64,000 nt of DNA, taken from Thermoplasmatales archaeon SW_10_69_26. Lineage in GTDB: Archaea > Thermoplasmatota > SW-10-69-26. A program made the position numbers and the translations under genes. This document shows, one piece after another, positions 37,813-46,425 of the stretch. Under the pieces are notes generated by a model. It was not told the origin of the DNA, made no database searches, and was given only the letters and a program-made list of their open reading frames with translations. The DNA lies in NCBI GenBank assembly GCA_003009755.1, contig PXUB01000029.1:13946-77945 (forward strand), given 5' to 3'. The first letter of the stretch is position 1. Each line of letters begins with the position of its first letter.

Positions 37813-39011
37813 CCCTGATCGGTCGGCTCGACGGCGTCGGCGGACCGCCGGGCGCGCTCGCGAGCTTCGTCGGTGGAGTCGCCGCGAGCCACGGCCACAC
37901 CCATCCGCCGGCCGGGGTAGGCTTCCGGCTTGCCGAACAGTCGCAGCTCGCTGGTGGGCACCGACAGCGCCTCGGCCACGCCGTCGTAGGCGGGCATCGC
38001 CAGCTCCTCGTCGGCGAGCACGACGGCGCTGGCCGCCGGCGAGGTCGCCTCGATCTCGGGGATCGGCAGGCCGAGGATCGCGCGGGCGTGCAGCTCGAAC
38101 TGGCTGGCGGGCTGGGAGGCCAGCGTCACGAGCCCGGTGTCGTGCGGGCGCGGCGAGAGCTCGCTGAACAGGACCTCGCCGTCGTCGACGAAGAACTCGA
38201 CGCCGAAGATGCCCCATCCGCCCAGGCCCTCGGTGACCTCCCGCGCCATCTCTTGGGCGTCGGCCAGGGCCTGATCGGGCAGATCCGCCGGCTGCCAGGA
38301 TTCGCGGTAGTCGCCGTCGCCCTGCGTGTGGGCGACCGGCGGGCAAAAGCTCGTCCCGTCGGCGTGCTGCACGGTCAGCAGGGTGATCTCCCGATCGAAG
38401 TCGACCAGGTCCTCGACGATGACGCGCCCCGTGTCCGACCGGGTGCCTTCGACCGCCGTCGTCCACCCGTCCTCGATCTCGTCCTCGGTCTCGACCACGC
38501 TTTGGCCCTTGCCCGACGAGGACATCGTCGGTTTCACGACGACCGGCAGGCCGATCTCCTCGACGGCCTCGCTGTAGGCTTCGGGACCGTCGGCGAAGGC
38601 GTAGTCGCTCGTCGGCAGGCCCAGGTCGTCGGCGGCGAACTCGCGGATCCACTGGCGGTCCATCGTCAAACGGGTCGCTTTCGCGGTCGGGATGACGTTG
38701 TGGCCCTCGTCCTCGAGGGCCTGGAGCTCGTCGGTCGCGATCGCCTCGATCTCGGGCACGATCAGGTCCGGGTCCTCGCCTTCGACGATCTTGCGGACCT
38801 GGCCGGCGTCGGTCATGTCGATGACGTGCGATCGGTGGGCGACTTGCATCGCGGGCGCATTCTCGTAGCGGTCGACCGCGACGGTCTCGACGCCCAGCCG
38901 CTGGGCCTCGATCAACAGCTCCTTGCCCAGCTCCCCGGAGCCCAGCAGGAGCAGCTTCGTGGCGTTCCCGGCGCGCGGCGTTCCGAGCTGGTCGAGGTCC
39001 GAGGTGGGCAT
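37809..39011 (-). CDS. purT: formate-dependent GAR transformylase
   Basis: [43 protein letters not shown]. Confidence 0.95.
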   Translation of the reverse strand: MPTSDLDQLGTPRAGNATKLLLLGSGELGKELLIEAQRLGVETVAVDRYENAPAMQVAHRSHVIDMTDAGQVRKIVEGEDPDLIVPEIEAIATDELQALEDEGHNVIPTAKATRLTMDRQWIREFAADDLGLPTSDYAFADGPEAYSEAVEEIGLPVVVKPTMSSSGKGQSVVETEDEIEDGWTTAVEGTRSDTGRVIVEDLVDFDREITLLTVQHADGTSFCPPVAHTQGDGDYRESWQPADLPDQALADAQEMAREVTEGLGGWGIFGVEFFVDDGEVLFSELSPRPHDTGLVTLASQPASQFELHARAILGLPIPEIEATSPAASAVVLADEELAMPAYDGVAEALSVPTSELRLFGKPEAYPGRRMGVAVARGDSTDEARERARRSADAVEPTDQG

Positions 39012-39065
39012 CACCGCCGCGACAGGGGTGGACGGTCAAAAGCCTGCCGGCAGCGGCGAACCGGA

Positions 39066-39449
39066 CTAGGCGGGGGCGTGGCGCTCCTCCTCGAGCTCCT
39101 CGAACAGCGCCTCGACCTCGCGCTGGCGGATCGGCTTCTCCAGCACGTCGAAGGCGCCCAGGGCGACGAGCTGCCGCACGCGGCCATCCTGGGGGTCCAG
39201 CGCGGTCATCGGGACCAGACGCAGGTCGGGAGCCTCCTCCATGAGCACGGCGCCGATCTCCTCGCCGGGGATGTCGGGCAACACGAGGTCCAACAGCACC
39301 AGGTCGGGCGATCGAAGATCGCAGAACGTCAACGCGTCGCGAGCCGCGTCGACCTCGTGGATGTGGTCGGCGGGCACACCGATCTCCTCCAGGATGGCTC
39401 GGACCGTGTTCCGGACGCTCTCGGCGTCGTCGACGACGAGCACGTCCAT
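39066..39449 (-). CDS. single-domain response regulator
   Basis: LVVDD, LLDLVLP, TA, KP receiver motifs. Confidence 0.88.
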   Translation of the reverse strand: MDVLVVDDAESVRNTVRAILEEIGVPADHIHEVDAARDALTFCDLRSPDLVLLDLVLPDIPGEEIGAVLMEEAPDLRLVPMTALDPQDGRVRQLVALGAFDVLEKPIRQREVEALFEELEEERHAPA

Positions 39450-39508
39450 CGCGACCGGTCGATCCCAACCCTGGCTCGGCATAAGCGAAGGTTGTCAGGT
39501 CCCCCTAC

Positions 39509-40947
39509 ATGCGGGCCTGTGTGCCCGAACATGTTCGGGACCAGCGCGGCCGAGCGGGCCTGCAGACGGGGGCTGTAAGGATAAGAAATGGGGGGGACCA
39601 CCATGTACGCGAAGGGACGCCAGGGCACAAAGGCGAGCAGCTGCCGTGACAAAGCCGCCCGGCGGCGAGTACACAGGCCCTTCGTGGCCTTGGCGATCCT
39701 TCGTGTCCTTCGCGGCCCTGCTTAACGAGACAGTCCTCGCCATCTCCCTGGTCACGGTCGGATGCGCCGGCCCGGCCGGGGAGCAGGTCGAGGACGCCGA
39801 GGCGATGACGCTATCGCCCGGCACCGACGCCGGCATGCCGCTCGTCCTGAACGAGACCAACAACACCGAGGACGTCACCGTCTCGACGAGCGAGGCGGGC
39901 GTCGAGGCCTCCCTGTCCGAGCCCGGCGAGGACGCTCCCGAGGGCTTTGCCGGCTGGCTCACCGTGTCCGCCAGCAAGGATGCCGAGGACGGGCAGCGGA
40001 TCATCGAGGTCAGCGTCGACGACGAGGAGCGCGAGCTCCCCGTCACCGTCGACGAGGCCGACGAGCCGGTCGAGATGGGCCAGACCGCCAACCTCACCTT
40101 CTCGGCTCGCACGCTCGAGGGCGAGCTCGTGCTGACGAACGACGCCAACGCGACCTCGGCCCCGATCCCGCAGGCGGCCTCCTTCCAGGAGCCCCGCAGC
40201 TTCGGTCCGACGTCGGTGCAGATCTCCCAGCGCAGCCAGCTTCCCACCGAGCTCGTGCAGGCGATCAACGGCTCCGAGGTCGGGCACAGCCTCACCGTCG
40301 AGGTGCCCGAGGTCTTCGGTCCCGAGAAGGTCGAGGATCAGACCGCCCGCGAGGAGACGATCGAGCGCGAGACGGAGATCCCCAACCAGCTCGACCTCCC
40401 CCGCCGCCAGGCCCAACAGCTGATCCCCCAGGACGCTCAGGAGGGCGACGAGGTCGACGTGCCCGTCACCCGGGACGGCCAAGGCGTCCCCTACGTGATC
40501 GAGAGTCTCGGTGAGCGCCAGGTGAGCCTCGCCATGGCCCTCGACGAGGGCGCCAACGTGACCCTCTACGAGGCCTGGCCCGACCAGGCTCAGGTGACCA
40601 ACACCACCGGCGAGAACGCCACGATCCAGCTCTCGCCCGACGTTAAGGAAGGCCACACGCTCACCTGGAACGAGAACTGGGGCAACGTGACCGAGGTCAC
40701 CTCCTACACGAACGAGACGATCGTCCTCCGCCACACCCCGGAGATCGGCACCACCTACGAGACGACCGACCGCCGCTCGCAGCAGGCGATCGAGACGGAG
40801 GTCGTCGACCTGACCGAGGATCAGGTCATCCTCGAGCAGACGAACCCGCACCCGCTCGCCGGGCAGACGATCGTCTTCGACGTCACGATCGAGAGCGCCC
40901 AGGACGCGCCTCAACAGCCCCGCCCCCCGCAACGACCGCAGCGCTGA
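39509..40947 (+). CDS. FKBP/SlyD-like lipoprotein, signal peptide interrupted by a MITE
   Basis: Lipobox TVGC; split FKBP fold ending NPHPLAGQTIVFDVTI; ATG 39509 is in frame only if 39573-39733 is removed; alternative GTG 39703 lies inside the MITE. Confidence 0.75.
39573..39733 (+). mobile_element. MITE-like element, family 1, copy 2, inserted in the 5' end of the FKBP gene
   Basis: CTGTAAGGATAAG...CTTAACGAGACAG; 161 bp. Confidence 0.88.
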
Positions 40948-40989
40948 TGCCTCACCCGGGTGAGGCCGGCCGCTCGCGGGTGGCCCCAG

Positions 40990-41190
40990 CGGCCGCCTGC
41001 AGGCTCGGCCACGCGCTCGACGGGATCGAACCCGTGCTCGGCCGCCACCGGCCGGCGGGGGTCGAGGTCGCCTTGACGTCGTAGAGGACCCGCCGGCCCT
41101 CGGGCGTCTGGAGGGACTCGACGGCGACCACGTCGGTCCCGGCCGCCTCCACGATCCGCCGGCCAGTCTCGACGGCTTCCTCGGGCTGGG
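40990..41190 (-). pseudogene. ATP-grasp (RimK-like) C-terminal remnant
   Basis: AVETGRRIVEAAGTDVVAVESLQTPEGRRVLYDV, then frameshifted RPVAAEHGFDPVERVAE. Confidence 0.6.
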
Positions 41191-41200
41191 CGTCCTTGTC

Positions 41201-41494
41201 GCAGTGGGACCCTGGTCTGGGCAACGGGGCTGGCCTGGACAGCCGGTGGCGTCCCGAGACGCGGGGAAGATCGTTCGCGTCTCGGCAAAGGACGACCGCC
41301 GAGCGGTCGTCCGGACAGGCCTCCGCAGGTTCGATCACGAGAGCCGAAGGGGGGTGGCCCGGCTCTCGTGAGAGCCCGAGGGCGGCGAGGTCGCTCGCCT
41401 TCGGGCGGATCGCCAGGGCGCGGCGGCCACGGTTCGGGCCTTGGCGAGAGCAGGTCCGGCCGGAGGGAGGACGTGCGGAATCCTGCCCCCTGCA
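41201..41494 (+). ncRNA. expanded tRNA-Leu-derived copy with 64 bp and 145 bp hairpin inserts (pseudo-tRNA or novel RNA)
   Basis: Removing 41252-41315 and 41335-41479 leaves 85 nt colinear with the tRNA at 41536, with 6 substitutions. Confidence 0.8.
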
Positions 41495-41535
41495 TCGCAG
41501 GGTTCTTCCAACGCGCTGGGCTGGGCGTGCTTGTC

Positions 41536-41620
41536 GCAGGGGTACCCTAGTCTGGGCAACGGGGCTGGCCTTAAGAGCCGGTGGCGCAGGCCTCCGCAGG
41601 TTCGAATCCTGCCCCCTGCA
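41536..41620 (+). tRNA. tRNA-Leu (TAA), no encoded CCA
   Basis: GCAGGGG/CCCCTGC acceptor, CTGGC-CTTAAGA-GCCGG anticodon arm, long variable arm, GCAGG-TTCGAAT-CCTGC T arm, A73. Confidence 0.95.
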
Positions 41621-41664
41621 CTGACGGACTCGAGCCAAGGATGGCGGGGCAGGATGAGAACCCT

Positions 41665-41768
41665 GGTTCGATCCGGAGATTCGGCGGAGAAGGGGATGAA
41701 TCTGCGGAGCGGCCGAACGAGCACCGCGAGTTCGGCCAGAATCCTGCCCCCTGCACTGACGAACTCGA
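41665..41768 (+). repeat. duplicated tRNA 3' end carrying a 69 bp two-hairpin insert in the T-loop
   Basis: GGTTCGA[41672-41740]ATCCTGCCCCCTGCA; 41739-41768 matches 41604-41633 at 29/30. Confidence 0.85.
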
Positions 41769-41901
41769 CGAGGGCCCGCACCCCCTTCCGAGGCCGTTTC
41801 GACGAGAGCATCGCCTCCCGAGGCGGTCTTCTCGGCTGAGACGAGCTGTGGGACAGGACCGAGAAGCGAAGGCTTATGAACGGAGCGCGCGTGGCCCTCG
41901 C

Positions 41902-42096
41902 ATGGCCACCGGCAAGGTCGCGTTCTTCCACGATCGGAAGGGCTACGGTTTCATCGAGACGAGCAGTGCCGACGACGACGTTTTCTTCCACGCGGAGGAC
42001 TTCGACGGCCCCGACCCCGAAGAAGGACAAGAGGTCGAGTTCGAGATCGAGCAAGCGGACCGCGGTCCCCGGGCAGTGAACCTCGAGTTCGCGTAG
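41902..42096 (+). CDS. cold-shock protein
   Basis: GKVAFF..RKGYGFI, DVFFH, RGPRAVN. Confidence 0.92.
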   Translation: MATGKVAFFHDRKGYGFIETSSADDDVFFHAEDFDGPDPEEGQEVEFEIEQADRGPRAVNLEFA

Positions 42097-42167
42097 CGGC
42101 TCCTTCCGTCCGTCTCGGCCTTCCCGCCGGCCCCTCCCGGGTGCCCGGTGCGGCTCCCATCGAACAT

Positions 42168-42320
42168 TTTTCGTTCCGAGGGCCTTGGCGTCTCTCGACA
42201 GGGTGAAAAAGACGGATCTTCGGCAACGAGGAAACCTCCTCGGGAGCGACCCAGCCGCCAGCGTCGCTGGTCTCGGGCGCGGTTGGATCCTCGCGCAAGG
42301 CTCCCTCGGCTTGACGGGCA
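42168..42320 (+). repeat. degenerate family 2 repeat copy
   Basis: Shares CTCTCGAC, GACGGATCTTCG, GTTGGATCCTCGCGCA and TGACGGGCA with the 17.7 kb copy. Confidence 0.7.
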
Positions 42321-42503
42321 GTGGTGTAAGTCCTGGCGTGGGGGGTCCGACGCCGGGAAACGAGATCCTCGGCGAGGAGGGGAACGGGGGTCCGGCGTCC
42401 GTCGGCCGGCGCCTTGGACTTCGTGGAGGACCATCCCCCCGGGCGACCGTCCGCGGCTTCGAGACCCCTCAGGCTTTCATAGCTCGGTTGCGGTGGCTCG
42501 CTC

Positions 42504-43532
42504 ATGCGCGCGTTCGGCTTCGAACAGCACGGCGGTCCCGAGGTCCTCGAGCACTTCGAGGTCGACCGGCCCGAGCCTGGCCCTGGCGAGGTCCGGGTCA
42601 AGACGGAGGCGGTGGCTCTCAACCACCTGGACATCTGGGTGCGCGAGGGCTGGCCGGGTCTGGATCTCGAGCTCCCCCACGTCCTCGGCACGGACACGGC
42701 CGGCGTCGTCGCCGAGACCGGTCCCAACGTGCAGGGCCTCGACCGTGGCGACCCGGTCGTCGTCAACCCGGCCCTGTGGTGCGGGTTCTGCCGCGCTTGC
42801 GAGCGCGGCGAGCAGTCGCTTTGCGAGAACTTCACGATCCTCGGCGAGCACGTGCGCGGCAGCCTCTGTGAGGAGGTCGTGGTGCCGGCCCGCAACGTGC
42901 TCGTCCGACCGGGGCGCCTGGAGACCCACGAGGCGGCGGCCGTTCCGCTCGTGTTCCAGACCGCTTGGCGGATGGCCAACCGCGGCGACATCCGGCCCGA
43001 CAACATCGTGTTCGTGCCGGGCGCCGGCGGCGGCGTCGCCACCGCCTCGATCCAGATCGCCAAGCACCTGGGCGCGCAGGTCATCGCTTCCACCAGCAGC
43101 GAGGAGAAGGCCGCCAAGGCCGAGAAGATCGGTGCCGACGACGTCGTCGACTACACCGAGGACGACTGGGGCGAGCAGGTGTACGACCTAACGCAGGGTG
43201 AAGGCGTCGACGTCGTGCTCGACAGCGTCGGCGAGGAGGTCTGGGCCGAAGCCCAGCGCTTCCTCACGGACGGCGGCGACCTCGTCTGCTGCGGCGCCAC
43301 CAGCGGCCCCCAAGCGCAGCTGGATCTGCGCTACGTGTTCTACAACCAGCTGAGCTTCGTCGGATCCACGATGGCGTCCGCCAGCGAGTTCGACGAGATC
43401 ATGAGCCTGGTCTTCAACGGCTGGATGGAGCCGATCGTCGACTCGACGTTCAGCTTCGAGGAGGCGAACAAAGCCTTCGAGTACCTGGAGGACGGCCGCC
43501 AGTTCGGCAAGGTCGTCGTCGAGACGGCCTGA
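42504..43532 (+). CDS. zinc-binding alcohol dehydrogenase family oxidoreductase
   Basis: LNHLD, PHVLGTD, CGFCRAC...C, GAGGGVA, FGKVV. Confidence 0.9.
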   Translation: MRAFGFEQHGGPEVLEHFEVDRPEPGPGEVRVKTEAVALNHLDIWVREGWPGLDLELPHVLGTDTAGVVAETGPNVQGLDRGDPVVVNPALWCGFCRACERGEQSLCENFTILGEHVRGSLCEEVVVPARNVLVRPGRLETHEAAAVPLVFQTAWRMANRGDIRPDNIVFVPGAGGGVATASIQIAKHLGAQVIASTSSEEKAAKAEKIGADDVVDYTEDDWGEQVYDLTQGEGVDVVLDSVGEEVWAEAQRFLTDGGDLVCCGATSGPQAQLDLRYVFYNQLSFVGSTMASASEFDEIMSLVFNGWMEPIVDSTFSFEEANKAFEYLEDGRQFGKVVVETA

Positions 43533-43544
43533 CGGATCGCGCCG

Positions 43545-45074
43545 TCACGGGACCTGGGTTCCGTCCTCCGCCCTCGGGGGATCGAACGTGGGCCAGGTGG
43601 CGATCTCGACCTGGCGCCCGGTGGTTTCCTCGAGGTTCGCCATCGAGAGGGCGAGGTTCGAGATCCCGACCGCACCCGGCGGGACCACGTGCAGCGTGAC
43701 GATCGTCCCGACGGCGTCGCCCTCGGCGTCGATCACCGGGCTGCCCGAATCGCCGCCGGTCGGGGGCATGCCGAAGTGCGCCATGGTCGAGTCCTCGTTC
43801 TGCTGCAGCACGACGCCGGTCCGCGAGTCGCCGACGTTGGCGTCCTCGCCGGCGTCGCGGACGGGCGAGTTCGCGTACGGGTAGATCTGGGACCCCACGC
43901 TCGGCGGTTCGGCGATCCCCGTCGGTCCACCCCAGACGCGCAGCGCGGGATGCCCCTCGTCTCGGGCCTGATCGGGGATCTCGAGGAGGGCGAAGTCGTC
44001 CCAGTAGCCGGGATCGGAGGGCCGCGTCGTCGGGCACGTGAGCAGATCGAGGAGGGCGGCGTGGCTGCAGTGGGCCAGCCCGGCCTGGATCTGCCCGTCC
44101 GCGATGCCAACGGGATCGCCGAGGTCGAGGCCGCGCACGCAGTGGGCGGCGGTGCCGACGTAAAGCGTCCGATCGTCGGGGGTCGAGAAGACGAAGTTGC
44201 CGGTACAGATCGGCAGGCCCTGGACGTCGCGCTCGCCGAGCGTGACTCCGGGGCGGAACGTGGCCTCGTCGAGGTTGGGCCAGCCGGGGTCGACGGTGTC
44301 GTTGCCGGCCTCGGGGACGAGCGTGGGGACATCGGGGGCCTCGGGGTTGGCTTGCACGGTCAACGTGGCCGTGAAGGCGACCGGCTCGGCGGCCGCCTCA
44401 GGTGTGCGTGGTCCCCCGTCGTGAACGCAGGGGTCGCCTCCGGTCGGCGCTTGCTGTTGGGGGCACCGCGTGACGTGGACGCTCCAGTTCGTCGGCTCCT
44501 CCCGAGCGAGCGCGGAGACTCCACAGCTCGCCTGTTCCTCGCCGGCGTCCTGGCAGAGGAACGTCGTGTCGGGGGCGTCCAACTGCGTGGCCAGCGCCGC
44601 CGGGCTCTCCAAGGCCAGCTCGGCCTCGACGGTGTAGGCGGTCGTCGTGGGGACCTCGATGGCCGCCTGCTTGCCCAGCGAGGTGTTCGCGGAGGCGAGG
44701 CGCTCGTTGGCGGCGGGCAGCTCGTCCTCCCAGGTGAACACGATCGTCGAGTCGTTCACGCGCTCGCGATCGGCGCCCTCCATCGAGAGGTTGCCCAGCC
44801 GGGGCTCGTCCTCGTCCGTGTCGTTCCCGGCGTCGCCGTCGTCGGCTGATTCGTTCGCCGTAGCGTTGTGATCGGTGGGGGCGGGCTCGGGATCGGCCTC
44901 CCCAGTTCTGTTGGACCCAGCGTACCTCTCCCCGTCGGCGTTGGCGTCCTCCTGGTCTGTCGTCTCCTCGGACGCGAGGGGATTGACAGGAGCACGAACG
45001 TCCAGAGGAGGGCCCCCGGCGCCTCCGGCAACGATCAGGACAGCCAGGCCCAGGGCCAGCAGGCGTCGGTACAT
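43545..45074 (-). CDS. secreted trypsin-like (S1) serine protease
   Basis: Signal peptide; CT.NF, TAAHC, DFAL, GDSGSP. Confidence 0.85.
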   Translation of the reverse strand: MYRRLLALGLAVLIVAGGAGGPPLDVRAPVNPLASEETTDQEDANADGERYAGSNRTGEADPEPAPTDHNATANESADDGDAGNDTDEDEPRLGNLSMEGADRERVNDSTIVFTWEDELPAANERLASANTSLGKQAAIEVPTTTAYTVEAELALESPAALATQLDAPDTTFLCQDAGEEQASCGVSALAREEPTNWSVHVTRCPQQQAPTGGDPCVHDGGPRTPEAAAEPVAFTATLTVQANPEAPDVPTLVPEAGNDTVDPGWPNLDEATFRPGVTLGERDVQGLPICTGNFVFSTPDDRTLYVGTAAHCVRGLDLGDPVGIADGQIQAGLAHCSHAALLDLLTCPTTRPSDPGYWDDFALLEIPDQARDEGHPALRVWGGPTGIAEPPSVGSQIYPYANSPVRDAGEDANVGDSRTGVVLQQNEDSTMAHFGMPPTGGDSGSPVIDAEGDAVGTIVTLHVVPPGAVGISNLALSMANLEETTGRQVEIATWPTFDPPRAEDGTQVP

Positions 45075-45127
45075 GCCCTGGGGTGGGTGTGTGGGCTGTT
45101 GAGTCGTGAGGCCACGGGGTTAAAATT

Positions 45128-45424
45128 TCACGATCCGCCGTTGCGTTTCGAGGTTCGACGCGTCCGATCGCTGATGGTCGGCGCCTCGCCCAGTCGCGCC
45201 TCGATCTCGGCTTGCCGGTCCTCGTGGCTGCGCTTCTTCTTCAGCAGCCGCTCGGCCTGCGGGTTCAGGGACGTCGGGCAGCGTTGGCAGTTGACGGTGC
45301 CCAGCTCGCCCTCGATCCGCTGGATCTTCTCCTCGAGGCGCCGGTACTCGCGCTCGAGGGTTTCGCGCTCGTACTCGTCGGGCTCGTCCAGGCCGAGCCA
45401 CCGCTTGACCGTCGCGAACACCAC
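45128..45424 (-). CDS. small coiled-coil protein (paralog B, with CxxC)
   Basis: GGAGG RBS; similar to 45468-45749. Confidence 0.75.
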   Translation of the reverse strand: MVFATVKRWLGLDEPDEYERETLEREYRRLEEKIQRIEGELGTVNCQRCPTSLNPQAERLLKKKRSHEDRQAEIEARLGEAPTISDRTRRTSKRNGGS

Positions 45425-45467
45425 GTCGTGGTCCTCCTAAGGCCTCTTCAACTCTCGCTTGAACGGC

Positions 45468-45749
45468 TCAGTCCCGGCGCCGGGCCTGCCCGCCGGTCTT
45501 CGGGGGCCCGCCGAGCTTGGTCTCGACCTCGTCCTGGCGCTTGCGGAGCTTGCGCATCTCGTCGATCAAGCGCCGCGCCTTCGGGTTCTGCTTCTTCTTG
45601 CTCTTGGCGGTGGGCGTGTCCTCGAGCTCGCGCTCGCGGCGCTGGATCTTGCGTTCCAGGCGTTTGTACTCGCGCTTCAGGGCCTCGCGCTCGTAGCCTT
45701 CGGCTTCGTCCACGAGCCCGAGCCACTGCTTGAGCTTCCCGAGCACCAC
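45468..45749 (-). CDS. small basic coiled-coil protein (paralog A)
   Basis: KQWLGL..YERE.L.REY.RLE.KIQR...NP.A.RL...RQ.E.E..LG shared with its neighbour. Confidence 0.75.
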   Translation of the reverse strand: MVLGKLKQWLGLVDEAEGYEREALKREYKRLERKIQRRERELEDTPTAKSKKKQNPKARRLIDEMRKLRKRQDEVETKLGGPPKTGGQARRRD

Positions 45750-45856
45750 CCCAAGCAGGCCGGCGGATGCGCCTTGAAGGTTGCGCCTTGCACCCGCCCA
45801 CCCCCGGCTGGGCCGCTCGGGGCTGGCGGCGTGGGGAGCCAGGGCCTCGTCTTCCC

Positions 45857-46324
45857 CTAACCTCCCGAGGCCCTCATCCGAGCGGCGATGACGCCGTTGA
45901 TCACGAGCTCGACGCCGCCCTCGGCGCCCTCGACCTCGACGTGTTCCTGGGGGGCCGCCGCCGGCAGCACGGCCTGGCCCTCGGTCGCGTTGAGGTAGGC
46001 GTCCGGCGTCTCGAAGTCCAGCGGGATCAGCCGGTAGGCCTGGCGCTTGACGTAGGGGATGGGCTGACCTTCGGCTCGCGTCGTGATCGTGACGCGGTCC
46101 CCCGGCTCGAGGTCCGTGTTCTCCTGCAGCGCCTGGCGGTGGAGGCCGAGCGCGTCCTCCGGCAGCTCCTCGGAGAACCCACCGAGCACCGTCAGGTAGG
46201 CGTGCCGCGTGGTCTCGACGGGCCAAGGCAGGCCGCCGAACTGGTAACCGTCGATCTGGTCGGGGTCCGAACACCAGGCCCCACTCGTTCGACGCTCGCC
46301 GTCGGGGTTCCGGGGCAGCTCCAT
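45857..46324 (-). CDS. hypothetical protein
   Basis: Host-like codon bias; TTAA promoter-like element ~30 nt upstream. Confidence 0.65.
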   Translation of the reverse strand: MELPRNPDGERRTSGAWCSDPDQIDGYQFGGLPWPVETTRHAYLTVLGGFSEELPEDALGLHRQALQENTDLEPGDRVTITTRAEGQPIPYVKRQAYRLIPLDFETPDAYLNATEGQAVLPAAAPQEHVEVEGAEGGVELVINGVIAARMRASGG

Positions 46325-46425
46325 CGCGTGGTATTGTCTTGCACGGACGGGTTAAGGGTTTCGAAAAGCCTCCGAGTTCTTTCCGCACGAACGCCACATC
46401 GGGCTGATAGCACGATGTTGGTTCG

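Noticed and set aside
41335-41479. Canonical archaeal tRNA intron in the T-loop
   Set aside because: The junction sequences do not form the 4 bp central helix of a bulge-helix-bulge
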